From positions 62,001 through 126,000 of IMG/VR virus record IMGVR_UViG_3300017917_001996: a DNA stretch of 64,000 bases. The stretch is one strand, 5' to 3'. Below are positions 46,201-55,063 of this stretch, piece by piece; the first letter of the stretch is position 1, and every line of letters begins with the position of its first letter. The position numbers and the translations under genes were made by a program. The notes beneath the pieces are model-generated. The model worked only from the letters and a program-made list of their open reading frames with translations, ran no database searches and was not told the origin of the DNA.

Positions 46201-46736
46201 ATAACCTGACTGTTGCCAGGCTTGCCAACCATTTGATTACTAATCAATGACGAATTGATAATTGTGGTAAATTGCTCAAGCCAGTTTTCGTTGGCTGGAT
46301 CATCCCAGAGAACTGTAGTATTGCTTAAATTAATACCATCACTGTCAAATAGATTTTCTGTAGTTGAAACACTATCAATCTTTAAGAACCCACTAGCAGG
46401 AATGCTCCTCTTAGGATTGTAACTGATTAGTTTGGCTAATTTTAAAATACTATCACGACGTTCAGCAGTATCTAAAAAGTTTTCTCGTGCGTTTAGGTCT
46501 GTTCTAAATGCTAGGTTTTGGCCAAGGAAGGCAATTAAGTCAATAAGTGCAATGAATTCACTACTTTCGGTAAAGTCGTTGAAGTCTTCTGGGTAGTAGA
46601 GCTTGATATAATCTATCATGCTCTTACGCAGAGTTTCAAAATCGTAGGTGGTGAAGTCGGCTTCTCTGAAAGTTTGATAAACTTTCTTCCAGTTTTCTGC
46701 GGCTAGTAAGCCTGTTTGTCGTGAAATAATTGCCAT
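43221..46736 (-). CDS. gp6: Baseplate wedge subunit, gp6-like
   Basis: DF..YDFETLR, ENFLDTA..R.SI..LAKLISY.PKR, ET...IR..AP..Y..QNR.IT.EDY motifs. Confidence 0.85.
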   Translation of the reverse strand: MAIISRQTGLLAAENWKKVYQTFREADFTTYDFETLRKSMIDYIKLYYPEDFNDFTESSEFIALIDLIAFLGQNLAFRTDLNARENFLDTAERRDSILKLAKLISYNPKRSIPASGFLKIDSVSTTENLFDSDGINLSNTTVLWDDPANENWLEQFTTIINSSLISNQMVGKPGNSQVINGIRNDEYSLNVLPNIVPVFRFETTIENRKTNFEIVSASSIGKSYVYEVPPNFSKPFNFLYRNDNNGNASNNTGYFFYFKQGELASSDFVINEATPNKVVDINVNNINNTDVWLYSLNSNGSTKNLWTPVPSTAGINVIYNTVEERDLYQINTRAADQISLAFGDGSYSNVPQGNFRLYHRTSNGFSYKVTPEEMRSITVSFNYTSRDNRTETITFRASLRYTVTNAAARETADDIRQKAPQQYYTQNRMITGEDYNILPYTSFSKIVKAKSINRTSAGLSRYLDVLDTTGKYSSTNIFGQDGVLYRNEYVRSFNFKFNNTNDIQKVLYNNVINDILASKEMMHYYYSNVETVPPLSSVVSAGGFIVGRYYLITSVDLTDFTQIGAAENKEGTYFQATAAGTNIGVGSGTALEVPLWNLSTTGNNSATGYFVRNNAPLSVSMSSTTNTRYIRPGAVLKFAAPPGYYFNASNTLVPGKPRTSSDRIDFYAAVMQVYGDGTNNGVGNFTNGSGPVVLNSIVPTGALLETIVPVYKNNFSSGYVLTMAGRVSSYENFGLYYDGTSQSWEFVNDLTQDWMVKFEFRNNVNDYLVTYRGIEFVFHSPIETTFYFDKSLKIYDSKTATVIKDQIKVLKSNSKPDNSDPLGKDCTWHVYKQVVDNDGYVDNTRIYVTYADSDDDGVPDDPKVFEYLINPAINGPFKKIFFKSVATSGYNKFFNLVLVEDGAILSHFPSKAALLGNKNSLLVGQVYYAFGENTFYSVGQDDSGKTIVGPLERYIAYTGRRDLYYQYRHNSPNTRRVDPNISNIIDIYMLTSEYNESYRLWIADTTNTIPEPAMPTSNELALEFSDLNNIKAISDSIVFHSASYKPIFGDKAANNLQATFKVVKNPNLNISDADIKTSVVNAINTYFDITNWDFGESFYFSELAAYLHKVLSPNIASIIIVPKDSTISFGNLQQINSEPNEIIISAATVDNVEIISAITASQINQGLVTVK

Positions 46737-46790
46737 AGCAAATCAACTAATTTATGTATTTATTGCCTTAAAATATGACTAGATAATGCA

Positions 46791-47165
46791 TCAAGCCACA
46801 GTAAGAGCCCTGGTAGTCCTGTCAAATTGTAATCGCAATGCCTGTGACTGGTTAGTCAGTACATATCTCAATTCCAATTCAATTTGTATTCCGTGATCCA
46901 ATTCAGTAATTGTAACGTTGTCAGCAATTATCCTTGGATCATAATTTACAATAGTCTTAATATCTTCAGTAATTAACTCTCTGACATTGTCAGACATTTG
47001 TTCAAAAAGTAAATCCCAGATAATTGTGCCAAATTTTGGATTCATTAGCTTTTCACCTTTACGAATTGAAAAGTGATTAAAGAGGTCTTGGCAAACTAAC
47101 TCAAAGTCAGTTAACCTGAATTTGCGTTGGCGATTGTATGTACTGAATCCAGAATATGTAACCAT
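46791..47165 (-). CDS. gp25: Baseplate wedge subunit, gp25-like
   Basis: DL.NHF.IRKGEKLMNP.FG..IWD.LFE...DPR motif. Confidence 0.9.
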   Translation of the reverse strand: MVTYSGFSTYNRQRKFRLTDFELVCQDLFNHFSIRKGEKLMNPKFGTIIWDLLFEQMSDNVRELITEDIKTIVNYDPRIIADNVTITELDHGIQIELELRYVLTNQSQALRLQFDRTTRALTVA

Positions 47166-47173
47166 AGTAATAT

Positions 47174-49300
47174 TTAACCTTTCTTAGATAGCACATCAAC
47201 TGCGTATCGACCTTGGTTGAAGTAAGTGGTTCCTGTGGTGCCATTAGCATCAGCACCACCACCAGTGACTCTCCATCTGGTTGCTCCACCTGCACCTAAT
47301 AGGTGACTGGTTGCTAACATGCCTGCAACTGTACTAGAATCGTCGCCGGCTCTAATTCCACCAGTTTTTGTTAGTGTAGAATAATTATTCTGTAATAAGT
47401 TGTCCATGGCTTTTTCTTGCACCGAACCATTATTTAAGAAATCGGACTTAGATGTAATTCCGTCCTTACCAGTCCAACTACTTGGGTACTGTAGTGCAGA
47501 AGTTCCATACTTGGCATACGCATCAGGTTTGATATATCCTTGATCAACTAGTGCAGCAGATCCAAATTGGTATTTGCCAATGTAGTTTCCGTTTCTAGCT
47601 TCAACCGCATCATATTTAAATCCACTTTCACTGTAACCTAGTTGTGTCTTAAGTGCTTTAGTTTCATCCGTAGATAGAGAACCTACACCAGTCGATGGAG
47701 TAGGATTATCTGCACGATTTAAATAGCTCGGATCAACTGGACGCTTAACACTTTGCCCAGCTGCATTATTGATTCCTGTGCTTTCTCCAGTACCAAAAGT
47801 TGTGTTAGGTGTACCTGTACCAATTGCTCCTCCACCAGAAACAACTTGTCTAGTTTCTCCCCCAGCTGCACCGCTAGCGCCAGCGCCAGCACCTTGTTTG
47901 TCTGACTTAGAACGGGGCCACGGTTCATGTGTCGGAACAATCTTAACAATACTCTTAATTTTACCCGACGACGACTTCCATTTTTGCCCATTTTTTTCGG
48001 CATCAGGAAAGTTATTTGTTTTCATGTCGCTTGGTTTATTAACTGTAGGACCTTTACCTGAGTTAAGTTTAATTTTTGTTCCGTAAAGAGTTAAATCGCC
48101 GCCAGCATTAAAACTACTTGCATTCTTAGCATCTAGATTAATTTTACCCTGGCTACCAATGGCAACGTCGCCACCATAGATAGTTGTTACTTTTCCACTG
48201 ACCAATTTGGTAGTGTCACTTTCTACGTTAAATGCTTTCTTGGATTTAAAGTTTATGCCGGCATCAGCCTGTACATTAAACTCTTTTTCTGTATAAAAGT
48301 TAAAACCTTTTTTGGCTCGAAAACTAACACTTTCTTCACTGTACACATGCAAGTTTCCTGACCCAGTCATTTCCAACCAAACTTTACCTGAGCTGTTAGC
48401 AATGTAAATTATTCCCTCTGAGTCGTTCATCATTATTTGATGACCACCAGCAGTGCGGAAGCGCATTAATTGGTTTTCGCCTTGATAATCGCCATCGTCC
48501 ATGACAAATGTATGTCCACCTTGACGACCGTAGACTTCTAGATTTTTTGTAGTGATCTCGTCACCGGATGGTTGCTCCGGTTCTGTTAAAGGGCGTCCGG
48601 GAGTACTAATTCCAAATACTGCACTAGGACTTTCACGTTGACTACTACTAGTTATTACACCTCTAACTTTATCTTTGTCCAGACCTTGATTGCCAAGTAT
48701 CTTTACTTGATATTCATGTAAAGGTTTCTTTTCTTTATAAAACTCAGCGAACGTTGATTCTTTACCTGTGTTTTCGTTAAACTCAACTACCGGATACGGA
48801 TTACCAGATTCAAAAATTTCACTGGCTGCACTATCTTCTATGTTTGACGAATCAATGTCCTTGCTTGCAGCAATAGCAGGAACCATGTGTTGCCCGAGTT
48901 GATTGGGAACACAGGCAAACCAAAATCCTCGCATTGGGTCGCCAGCAATAAATGTACAAATAACAAAGTTATCAACGTCTGGCGGCGTAAACCACATACC
49001 GTAGGTATGTCTAACAGATTTAAAATCGTTGTCTTTGTTTAGGTTTCCTTTGTCATCAGACGACTGACTAGAGCTTCCAAAGAAGGGGCTAGCATAGTGT
49101 ACTGTACGCCATGAATGTGGATCATCTTCACTACCGCCAAGATCAGAGATCCAAACCTCAAGACGACCAGATCTTAATGTATCAAGGTTATTTTTAATTT
49201 TTCCAATGTAAGGACCTGAATCAAGCCTAAGCCCAGGCGAATCCTCTCGTCTAACGAATAAGGGTAATTTTCGACCAATTCTTTTATCGCTGTTTGACAT
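47174..49300 (-). CDS. gp5: Baseplate hub/spike protein, gp5-like, with C-terminal lysozyme-like domain
   Basis: OB-fold GRL.V...W..V.YASPFFG...YGMW, GH...M.D beta-helix; C-terminal ESG...Y.GKYQFG lysozyme-fold pattern. Confidence 0.8.
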   Translation of the reverse strand: MSNSDKRIGRKLPLFVRREDSPGLRLDSGPYIGKIKNNLDTLRSGRLEVWISDLGGSEDDPHSWRTVHYASPFFGSSSQSSDDKGNLNKDNDFKSVRHTYGMWFTPPDVDNFVICTFIAGDPMRGFWFACVPNQLGQHMVPAIAASKDIDSSNIEDSAASEIFESGNPYPVVEFNENTGKESTFAEFYKEKKPLHEYQVKILGNQGLDKDKVRGVITSSSQRESPSAVFGISTPGRPLTEPEQPSGDEITTKNLEVYGRQGGHTFVMDDGDYQGENQLMRFRTAGGHQIMMNDSEGIIYIANSSGKVWLEMTGSGNLHVYSEESVSFRAKKGFNFYTEKEFNVQADAGINFKSKKAFNVESDTTKLVSGKVTTIYGGDVAIGSQGKINLDAKNASSFNAGGDLTLYGTKIKLNSGKGPTVNKPSDMKTNNFPDAEKNGQKWKSSSGKIKSIVKIVPTHEPWPRSKSDKQGAGAGASGAAGGETRQVVSGGGAIGTGTPNTTFGTGESTGINNAAGQSVKRPVDPSYLNRADNPTPSTGVGSLSTDETKALKTQLGYSESGFKYDAVEARNGNYIGKYQFGSAALVDQGYIKPDAYAKYGTSALQYPSSWTGKDGITSKSDFLNNGSVQEKAMDNLLQNNYSTLTKTGGIRAGDDSSTVAGMLATSHLLGAGGATRWRVTGGGADANGTTGTTYFNQGRYAVDVLSKKG

Positions 49301-49305
49301 TATTA

Positions 49306-51831
49306 TTATCCACGGAAGAATGTAGTTTCATCAGCTTGACTTTGTAGTGCTGCATCAATGTCATCTTGTATTTGTTTCAAATTATTGAAATAATCTTCGC
49401 CGTCAGACGACTCTATTACTGGATTGTATCTTTCTCCAGTTTCTGTGTTAATTCTTAAATTAGAAAGAGACCCATCTTCTTCGTAAAGAGCAGCACTATC
49501 TCTACCAGGTATTATTTCACCAAATTCCATTTGTCTCATTGACTCGTCTGATACATCTGCTTCTGCTTCAGTCCGACTATCGGAATTTTCATATTCATTT
49601 CTATAAGAATCAGACGACACGTTTGCAGATCCGTCAGCGTTCTGTTCCATTAATCGAATCATATCTAAAATCTGTGTAAACTGTCCACGTTCAAAAGAAT
49701 TTTCCACAGCGATTATTTTGTAGATACCAGAGAACTCGCTGTTTGGATAATCTTCGGTATTATATCTTCCTGTGCTGTCATCAATATCTGATAGCGATTT
49801 AAAACTCAATTTTGCAAATATTTCACTGGCGTCCATTGGAATACTACTGCCTAGGTCTGAATAATAATCATCCTGTTTGATTAAATCAGGATCACCAGTG
49901 ATCTTGAGCTTAACGTTGATCATGTCGCCACGACTATTTGACATAATAGATTGGTAAAGATCGTTTGATGCTGTAGTTTTAACATCGTTTTTTCCAACTG
50001 TATCTGTACCTACGGTAGTCTGATTCGGATGATATTTAACTTGTAGGACTGCCAATTTATTGTTTGGTGCAGCATCGTTGCCGCCACCTTTGTCCTCTTC
50101 AGGCGGAGTCGCATTAACTTCATCTTTTTCAAATCTTGCTGCATTAGCTGTCATTGCTGTGTAGAACATAGCATCAAATTCAATGTTAAGATCAAGTATT
50201 GCGTGATTTTTTCCAGTGAACATATAGAAGTATTCTTTTTCCCACGACTGCGGAACACCACGCATAGCAGCAGGAAATCTGGTATTATAGTATGAGAACT
50301 TTTTGATATGATATTTGAATGTCTTCTGATAGACCTTTCGTTTATTATCAAATTCACCTATCTTAATTTCTGGAATTATTTTATAAAACTTAATAGGCTC
50401 ATTACTAATTGGGCTCGATTTTGCAGGATTAACCTGCTCAGAAATGTACTTGCTATTTCTAAGAGCCATGTTAATCACATCAATGATAGATGTACCAGCA
50501 TTGATTGCAATCGATTGTTTGTCTAAGGTTACGTCAACAGGTTTGCCTCCTCGTTTGGCCCGCAAGCCGTGTGCCATTTTAGCTTTCTCGTTAAAGTTTG
50601 TAGCCATCGGCGTCGACCTAACGTTATTTGTCTTTGACGTTACTAAATCAGATTCGGCGATTTCGCTGTCAATTTCAAATTCGTATACATCTGCGTGTTC
50701 TTGGTGACCAGCTTTTTTTAATTGTAATTGGTAACTGTTCAACGCCGCAGCATAGCTGCCAACTTTAAATGCTACAGACTTAGCATCTCTTTCTTGTTGA
50801 TCAAGTGCACGATATTCAGATGTACTCTCGGGTTGATCTCTTGCATCCAAACGGTTCCTATTCCTTGATGCTTGTTTTTCGTCGATAAAGTATTGTTGCT
50901 GTGCTGTAATAGTATCAGCTTCGCCGGCAGCAGACGAATCTGATTTAAAGAATTCACTGAGTTTACCTGCCACAACTTCTAAGAATGCAGGAGAACTACC
51001 CACTGTCTCATGGAATGCCTGATGGTTGTAAGGTACTGCACTAAATCTATATTCCGATCCACGTGTTGATGCTTTAATATTACAAGCAATTAATTTGATA
51101 GGAATATATTTTGTATGGCCTTCAATTTGCACAGGTACCCCTGATTCGTTGTTACCATAAAAATCAATCTGCAACATAAATGGCATTTGATTCCAGTTAC
51201 GTGCATTTTCCTCCGTAGCAACTTTTAGCAATCTATCAAGTAGCGTTATACCGTAAGGTTCTATTATAGTAAAACTAACATCAATTGCGTTGCTTCCCCT
51301 GTTCCTAGAGTTATACCCAATTATGGTAGTAAACTTAAGATTTTCAAAGAAAAAGTCTTCTTGAAAATTTGCACGTCGGGCAAATCCCGATGAGTCACGT
51401 CGACCAGCACTGGCAATTAATACGTTACTTCCTGGGTTGTATGTGCCGCCGCCTGCAAGGCTATTATAGGTAGATATAGGAATAATATGTAAACTTAAGC
51501 CGTATGTATAATTTACATAATCGTCTAACGGATTGCCTCTAGTTTGACCGCCACCTGCACCGCCACCTATTCTTGGTGCAGTAATGACCATTTCGCCCAT
51601 GTCGTCAACGTTGTCATTATTACCAAATTCTGCCCAAGAGTCCACAGCTTCAGGAAGTTCAGTATCATTATCAGTTGGTAAATCGATTCGACGTGGGTCA
51701 GTTTCAGCAAACTGGCGGCGTGCCGCTTCGGCTATAGCTCCATCTAGATCGCCAAACTCGTCATATGTGCCTTGAGTTTGATATGCAGTATCTGATTCGT
51801 TGGCACCGACAACTTTTCTAAACTCTGCCAT
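49306..51831 (-). CDS. Baseplate hub protein (gp27-like)
   Basis: Between the gp53- and gp5-like genes; F.I.EPYG..LL.RL and I.GDPD..KQ...F.GIY.I..VEN.F..GQFTQ.L motifs. Confidence 0.65.
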   Translation of the reverse strand: MAEFRKVVGANESDTAYQTQGTYDEFGDLDGAIAEAARRQFAETDPRRIDLPTDNDTELPEAVDSWAEFGNNDNVDDMGEMVITAPRIGGGAGGGQTRGNPLDDYVNYTYGLSLHIIPISTYNSLAGGGTYNPGSNVLIASAGRRDSSGFARRANFQEDFFFENLKFTTIIGYNSRNRGSNAIDVSFTIIEPYGITLLDRLLKVATEENARNWNQMPFMLQIDFYGNNESGVPVQIEGHTKYIPIKLIACNIKASTRGSEYRFSAVPYNHQAFHETVGSSPAFLEVVAGKLSEFFKSDSSAAGEADTITAQQQYFIDEKQASRNRNRLDARDQPESTSEYRALDQQERDAKSVAFKVGSYAAALNSYQLQLKKAGHQEHADVYEFEIDSEIAESDLVTSKTNNVRSTPMATNFNEKAKMAHGLRAKRGGKPVDVTLDKQSIAINAGTSIIDVINMALRNSKYISEQVNPAKSSPISNEPIKFYKIIPEIKIGEFDNKRKVYQKTFKYHIKKFSYYNTRFPAAMRGVPQSWEKEYFYMFTGKNHAILDLNIEFDAMFYTAMTANAARFEKDEVNATPPEEDKGGGNDAAPNNKLAVLQVKYHPNQTTVGTDTVGKNDVKTTASNDLYQSIMSNSRGDMINVKLKITGDPDLIKQDDYYSDLGSSIPMDASEIFAKLSFKSLSDIDDSTGRYNTEDYPNSEFSGIYKIIAVENSFERGQFTQILDMIRLMEQNADGSANVSSDSYRNEYENSDSRTEAEADVSDESMRQMEFGEIIPGRDSAALYEEDGSLSNLRINTETGERYNPVIESSDGEDYFNNLKQIQDDIDAALQSQADETTFFRG

Positions 51832-52133
51832 TATATTCCTAGATCAGTTATTAAGTTCTCTTTAGCAGGGATATAAATTACCTGCCCAGGATAAAAGTCA
51901 AAAATAGGATCCCTGATAACATTAGGATTTCTTGCAGCAAACACCCACCAGAGCGCAGCATTACCATATAAGTCCGCTGCCAATAAATCAGGACGGTACT
52001 TATAAGTTGGCGCAATAGTATGACGGATATCTAATGAATTTTTAGTTATAGTCCTATGCTCTAGTACATCCAAAAAGATACCAAAATTCTTAGTATTGTA
52101 ATAAGGACTATATTTGCTATATTGTGCGGCCAT
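51831..52133 (-). CDS. gp53: Baseplate wedge protein, gp53-like (LysM-type)
   Basis: RPDLLAADLYG...LWWVFA..N...DPIFDF..G..IYIP. Confidence 0.8.
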   Translation of the reverse strand: MAAQYSKYSPYYNTKNFGIFLDVLEHRTITKNSLDIRHTIAPTYKYRPDLLAADLYGNAALWWVFAARNPNVIRDPIFDFYPGQVIYIPAKENLITDLGI

Positions 52134-53018
52134 TTATAGGAATCCTCTATTAATTAAATCGCCTCTGCTAAAGCTACTAAGATTAAAATTGCCAGCAGCC
52201 CTTTTACTGTAAACCGGTTGCAACGAAACAGACAGCGTACTGGTCGTTGGTACTCTAGTAGACGAATTCGAATACGACGAATTACCAGGAGAATCCCAAC
52301 TACTAAACAATCTATCAGTAAAGTTCTCGTTATAGTTTCCAAACGTTGAACCATCGGATTGCCCAGTTAAAAAATCTTGCGAGTTTTGCGGACCGGTTTC
52401 GACATAGTCAACATCTTGCGGTAACGTATGACTAAATTGTGTAACCAAGCACGGAACGTGCGGAAAGTAATGTGTTCCATAACCGTCTAGATATACTATA
52501 GGTGGCGGATTACCTACGTTCTGGCCTGATCCAAAGAACATTTTTGTTGCGGATCTAAAGAAATAAATACAAGCCAGCAGGTAATTTGCTTCATTTCGAT
52601 TTTGTACAGTAAAGTCAGCGTTGATTTGTATTACTTGTACTTCACTGTTTTCATATGCATAAGCTGGATAGTTGCTATGTGTTAAACGTTGCGGAGTGTA
52701 GTTAGCCTGATGTGTTACCACTATCTGCGGAGTGTAAGGAAAAATTACACCTTGAGTTTGATTCAAAGGAGACATTACACCTGAATAGGATAATGCTTGT
52801 GCATTGGTGCTAACTTTAACACGCCAATCTTTACCAGGTACAGTACCAGAACCGCTGAAATTTATATTAGCGTTACCTAGCTCAGGAGACATAAATCTAG
52901 AACCACCGAATTGCAGGCCAGCAGATGCCAAACGTGCCATAGACGGGCTAAAGGTATTAACCACCGACGAAACAGCACGGTTTATCGAACCGCCAACGAT
53001 ATCATTAAGCCAAGACAT
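52134..53018 (-). CDS. Baseplate-tail tube junction protein (gp48/gp54-like)
   Basis: GVIFPYTP.I...THSNY, FFG...GNPPP.V.L.GYG...F..VP..VT.F...LP.DVDY motifs. Confidence 0.65.
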   Translation of the reverse strand: MSWLNDIVGGSINRAVSSVVNTFSPSMARLASAGLQFGGSRFMSPELGNANINFSGSGTVPGKDWRVKVSTNAQALSYSGVMSPLNQTQGVIFPYTPQIVVTHQANYTPQRLTHSNYPAYAYENSEVQVIQINADFTVQNRNEANYLLACIYFFRSATKMFFGSGQNVGNPPPIVYLDGYGTHYFPHVPCLVTQFSHTLPQDVDYVETGPQNSQDFLTGQSDGSTFGNYNENFTDRLFSSWDSPGNSSYSNSSTRVPTTSTLSVSLQPVYSKRAAGNFNLSSFSRGDLINRGFL

Positions 53019-53071
53019 ATAATACTCTCCAGTTATATATTTATGTCCATCAAAATATGCTATTTTAATCG

Positions 53072-53100
53072 TTGACTTTTGCTCAAAAATTTGTTACATT
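53072..53100 (+). promoter_or_regulatory. Sigma70-type promoter of the late sigma factor gene
   Basis: TTGACT-N17-TACATT with TG extension. Confidence 0.7.
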
Positions 53101-53121
53101 ACTCACTAAAGGGGAACTAAA

Positions 53122-53997
53122 ATTAAACACAACTATTTAAACAATAAGGATATACTCAAAGAGATACATCGCAGTAAAAATACCTATTGTGTTTACTCCA
53201 GCCCAGAGTATTCCGATTACGATCTTATCATCAATGACGTTTCTGCAATAACCGCCGAAGTAGTCAATCAAGCTCGAAATAATCGAGCAGAGCGTTTAGC
53301 CAAACTAGCACACGAGCAGGCTACTTCCGGCGGCGAAAAGCGAAAATTAGACGAATTTTATATTGATCCTGTTACTATCAAAGACTCAGAAATCATCTTC
53401 CGAGTAATGACCTGGGATCACGTACCCGTACAGCCTACCGTTAAAAAGGCCACAGATGTAGAAGTTGAAGATGAAATTCATACTGAATATGATATCGAAG
53501 ATGACGCAGTTAAGCTACCGACTGCTGCTGTCAAGTATGTTAAGTGTAATTTTCCTCCATTCCAACACTATAAATTCAACGAAGCAGGTAAGCTCGATTG
53601 CGTAGGCAAGAGCCACTGGAAGGGCCCATTGGACAGTGGAGAATGGTGCAGAGACCACGGTACAATGACCAAAACGTTAGCTACTATGTTTATGAAACTG
53701 TGTGAGCGTTATGCTACACGTAGCAACTGGCGTGGGTACACTTATAATGACGAAATGCGTAGCCAAGCTCTGCTACAGTTAAGTCAAATTGGTTTGCAGT
53801 TTGATGAATCTAAATCACAGAACCCATTTGCTTATTATACTGCTGCTATCACTAATAGTTTCACTCGTGTGCTAAACATCGAAAAACGTAATCAAAACCT
53901 ACGCGATGATATACTAGAAATGAATAACTTTAACCCAAGTTACACACGACAAGGACTAATGAGCGGAGCACATTACGGCGACGGAGACCACGATTAA
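53122..53997 (+). CDS. gp55: Late-transcription sigma factor, gp55-like; N-terminus extended to a non-canonical ATT start
   Basis: NYLNNKDILKEI N-terminal motif; KLCERYA.R.NWRGYTY.DEM and FDE.KSQNPFAYYT...NSF.R.L..EK motifs; frame open from 53110 with no in-frame ATG/GTG/TTG until 53407. Confidence 0.85.
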   Translation: MKHNYLNNKDILKEIHRSKNTYCVYSSPEYSDYDLIINDVSAITAEVVNQARNNRAERLAKLAHEQATSGGEKRKLDEFYIDPVTIKDSEIIFRVMTWDHVPVQPTVKKATDVEVEDEIHTEYDIEDDAVKLPTAAVKYVKCNFPPFQHYKFNEAGKLDCVGKSHWKGPLDSGEWCRDHGTMTKTLATMFMKLCERYATRSNWRGYTYNDEMRSQALLQLSQIGLQFDESKSQNPFAYYTAAITNSFTRVLNIEKRNQNLRDDILEMNNFNPSYTRQGLMSGAHYGDGDHD

Positions 53998-54010
53998 TCA
54001 ATCGTAATGA

Positions 54011-54040
54011 TAGACTTTAATTCAGGCACTTTGCTATACT
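54011..54040 (+). promoter_or_regulatory. Sigma70-type promoter (extended -10), probably leaderless
   Basis: TAGACT-N18-TATACT with TG extension; ATG 54047 follows after 6 nt. Confidence 0.65.
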
Positions 54041-54046
54041 CTACCT

Positions 54047-55063
54047 ATGAGTAATCTATTTAAAAAAGCTGCAATTTTTACTGATATTCACTTTGGACTA
54101 AAGTCAAACAGTCAGATTCACAATGAAGACTGTTTGGCTTTTGTAAAGTGGGCTTCAGCCAAGGCTCGGCAGGAAGGTTGCGAAACTGCTATATTTTTAG
54201 GTGATTGGCATAACAATAGATCTACAATAAATATTGTTACGCTAAATTACAGCCTACAAGCACTGGAACACCTAAATGCTAATTTTGATGTGGTTTATTT
54301 TATTCCTGGTAACCATGATTTGTATTATCGTGACAAGAGGGATATACAAAGCGTGGAGTGGGCAAGACATCTCGGAAACGTCCAAATCGTTAACAATTGG
54401 TTTGTCACTGATGATGTGGTCATTGCCCCTTGGCTTGTTGGCGACGATTATAAACGTATTCCTAAACTAACCGGCAAATACATGTTCGGGCACTTTGAGT
54501 TGCCCGGTTACATGATGAACGCCATGGTTGAAATGCCCGATCACGGAGAAGTTAAGAGAGAACACTTTACTAACTTTGAACATGTGTTTACAGGGCATTT
54601 CCACAAGAGACAAACTAAAAAGAACATTACCTACATTGGCAACTGCTTTCCGCACAACTATGCAGACGCAGGCGACGATGAGCGTGGACTAACTATCCTT
54701 GAATGGGGTAAGCCCGCAGTATATCATGCATGGCCCGATCAACCCGTTTATCGAGTTTACGATCTTAGTGCAATTTTAGATCGGCCCGACGAATTACTTA
54801 AACCCGGCGTACATGCTAGAGTTAACTTAGACATCGACATTAGCTACGAAGAAGCCAGCTTTATCCGTGAAACGTTTATGGAAAGCCATAAACTGCGAGA
54901 AATTAAATTAATTCCACGCCACAACACAGAAATCGATACATCAGCTACACAAGGCAATATTGCTTTCCAGAGCGTCGATCAAATTGTAAGTAATCAATTG
55001 ACTGGTATTACCAGCGATCATTACAATACTAAGCTATTGCTTGAAATTTATCAAAACCTATAA
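54047..55063 (+). CDS. gp47: Recombination endonuclease subunit (Mre11/SbcD-like)
   Basis: TDIHFG, LGDWH, GNHD, GHFE, GHFH phosphoesterase motifs. Confidence 0.92.
   Translation: MSNLFKKAAIFTDIHFGLKSNSQIHNEDCLAFVKWASAKARQEGCETAIFLGDWHNNRSTINIVTLNYSLQALEHLNANFDVVYFIPGNHDLYYRDKRDIQSVEWARHLGNVQIVNNWFVTDDVVIAPWLVGDDYKRIPKLTGKYMFGHFELPGYMMNAMVEMPDHGEVKREHFTNFEHVFTGHFHKRQTKKNITYIGNCFPHNYADAGDDERGLTILEWGKPAVYHAWPDQPVYRVYDLSAILDRPDELLKPGVHARVNLDIDISYEEASFIRETFMESHKLREIKLIPRHNTEIDTSATQGNIAFQSVDQIVSNQLTGITSDHYNTKLLLEIYQNL

Noticed and set aside
18237-52354. Many 60-170-aa ORFs opposite or out of frame within fibre and baseplate genes
   Set aside because: Shadows of Thr/Val/Gly-rich repeats, fully nested in well-supported genes.
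53407-53997. ORF-track start of the sigma factor at ATG 53407
   Set aside because: It would delete 95 in-frame codons that include the conserved NYLNNKD motif, and has no evident SD.
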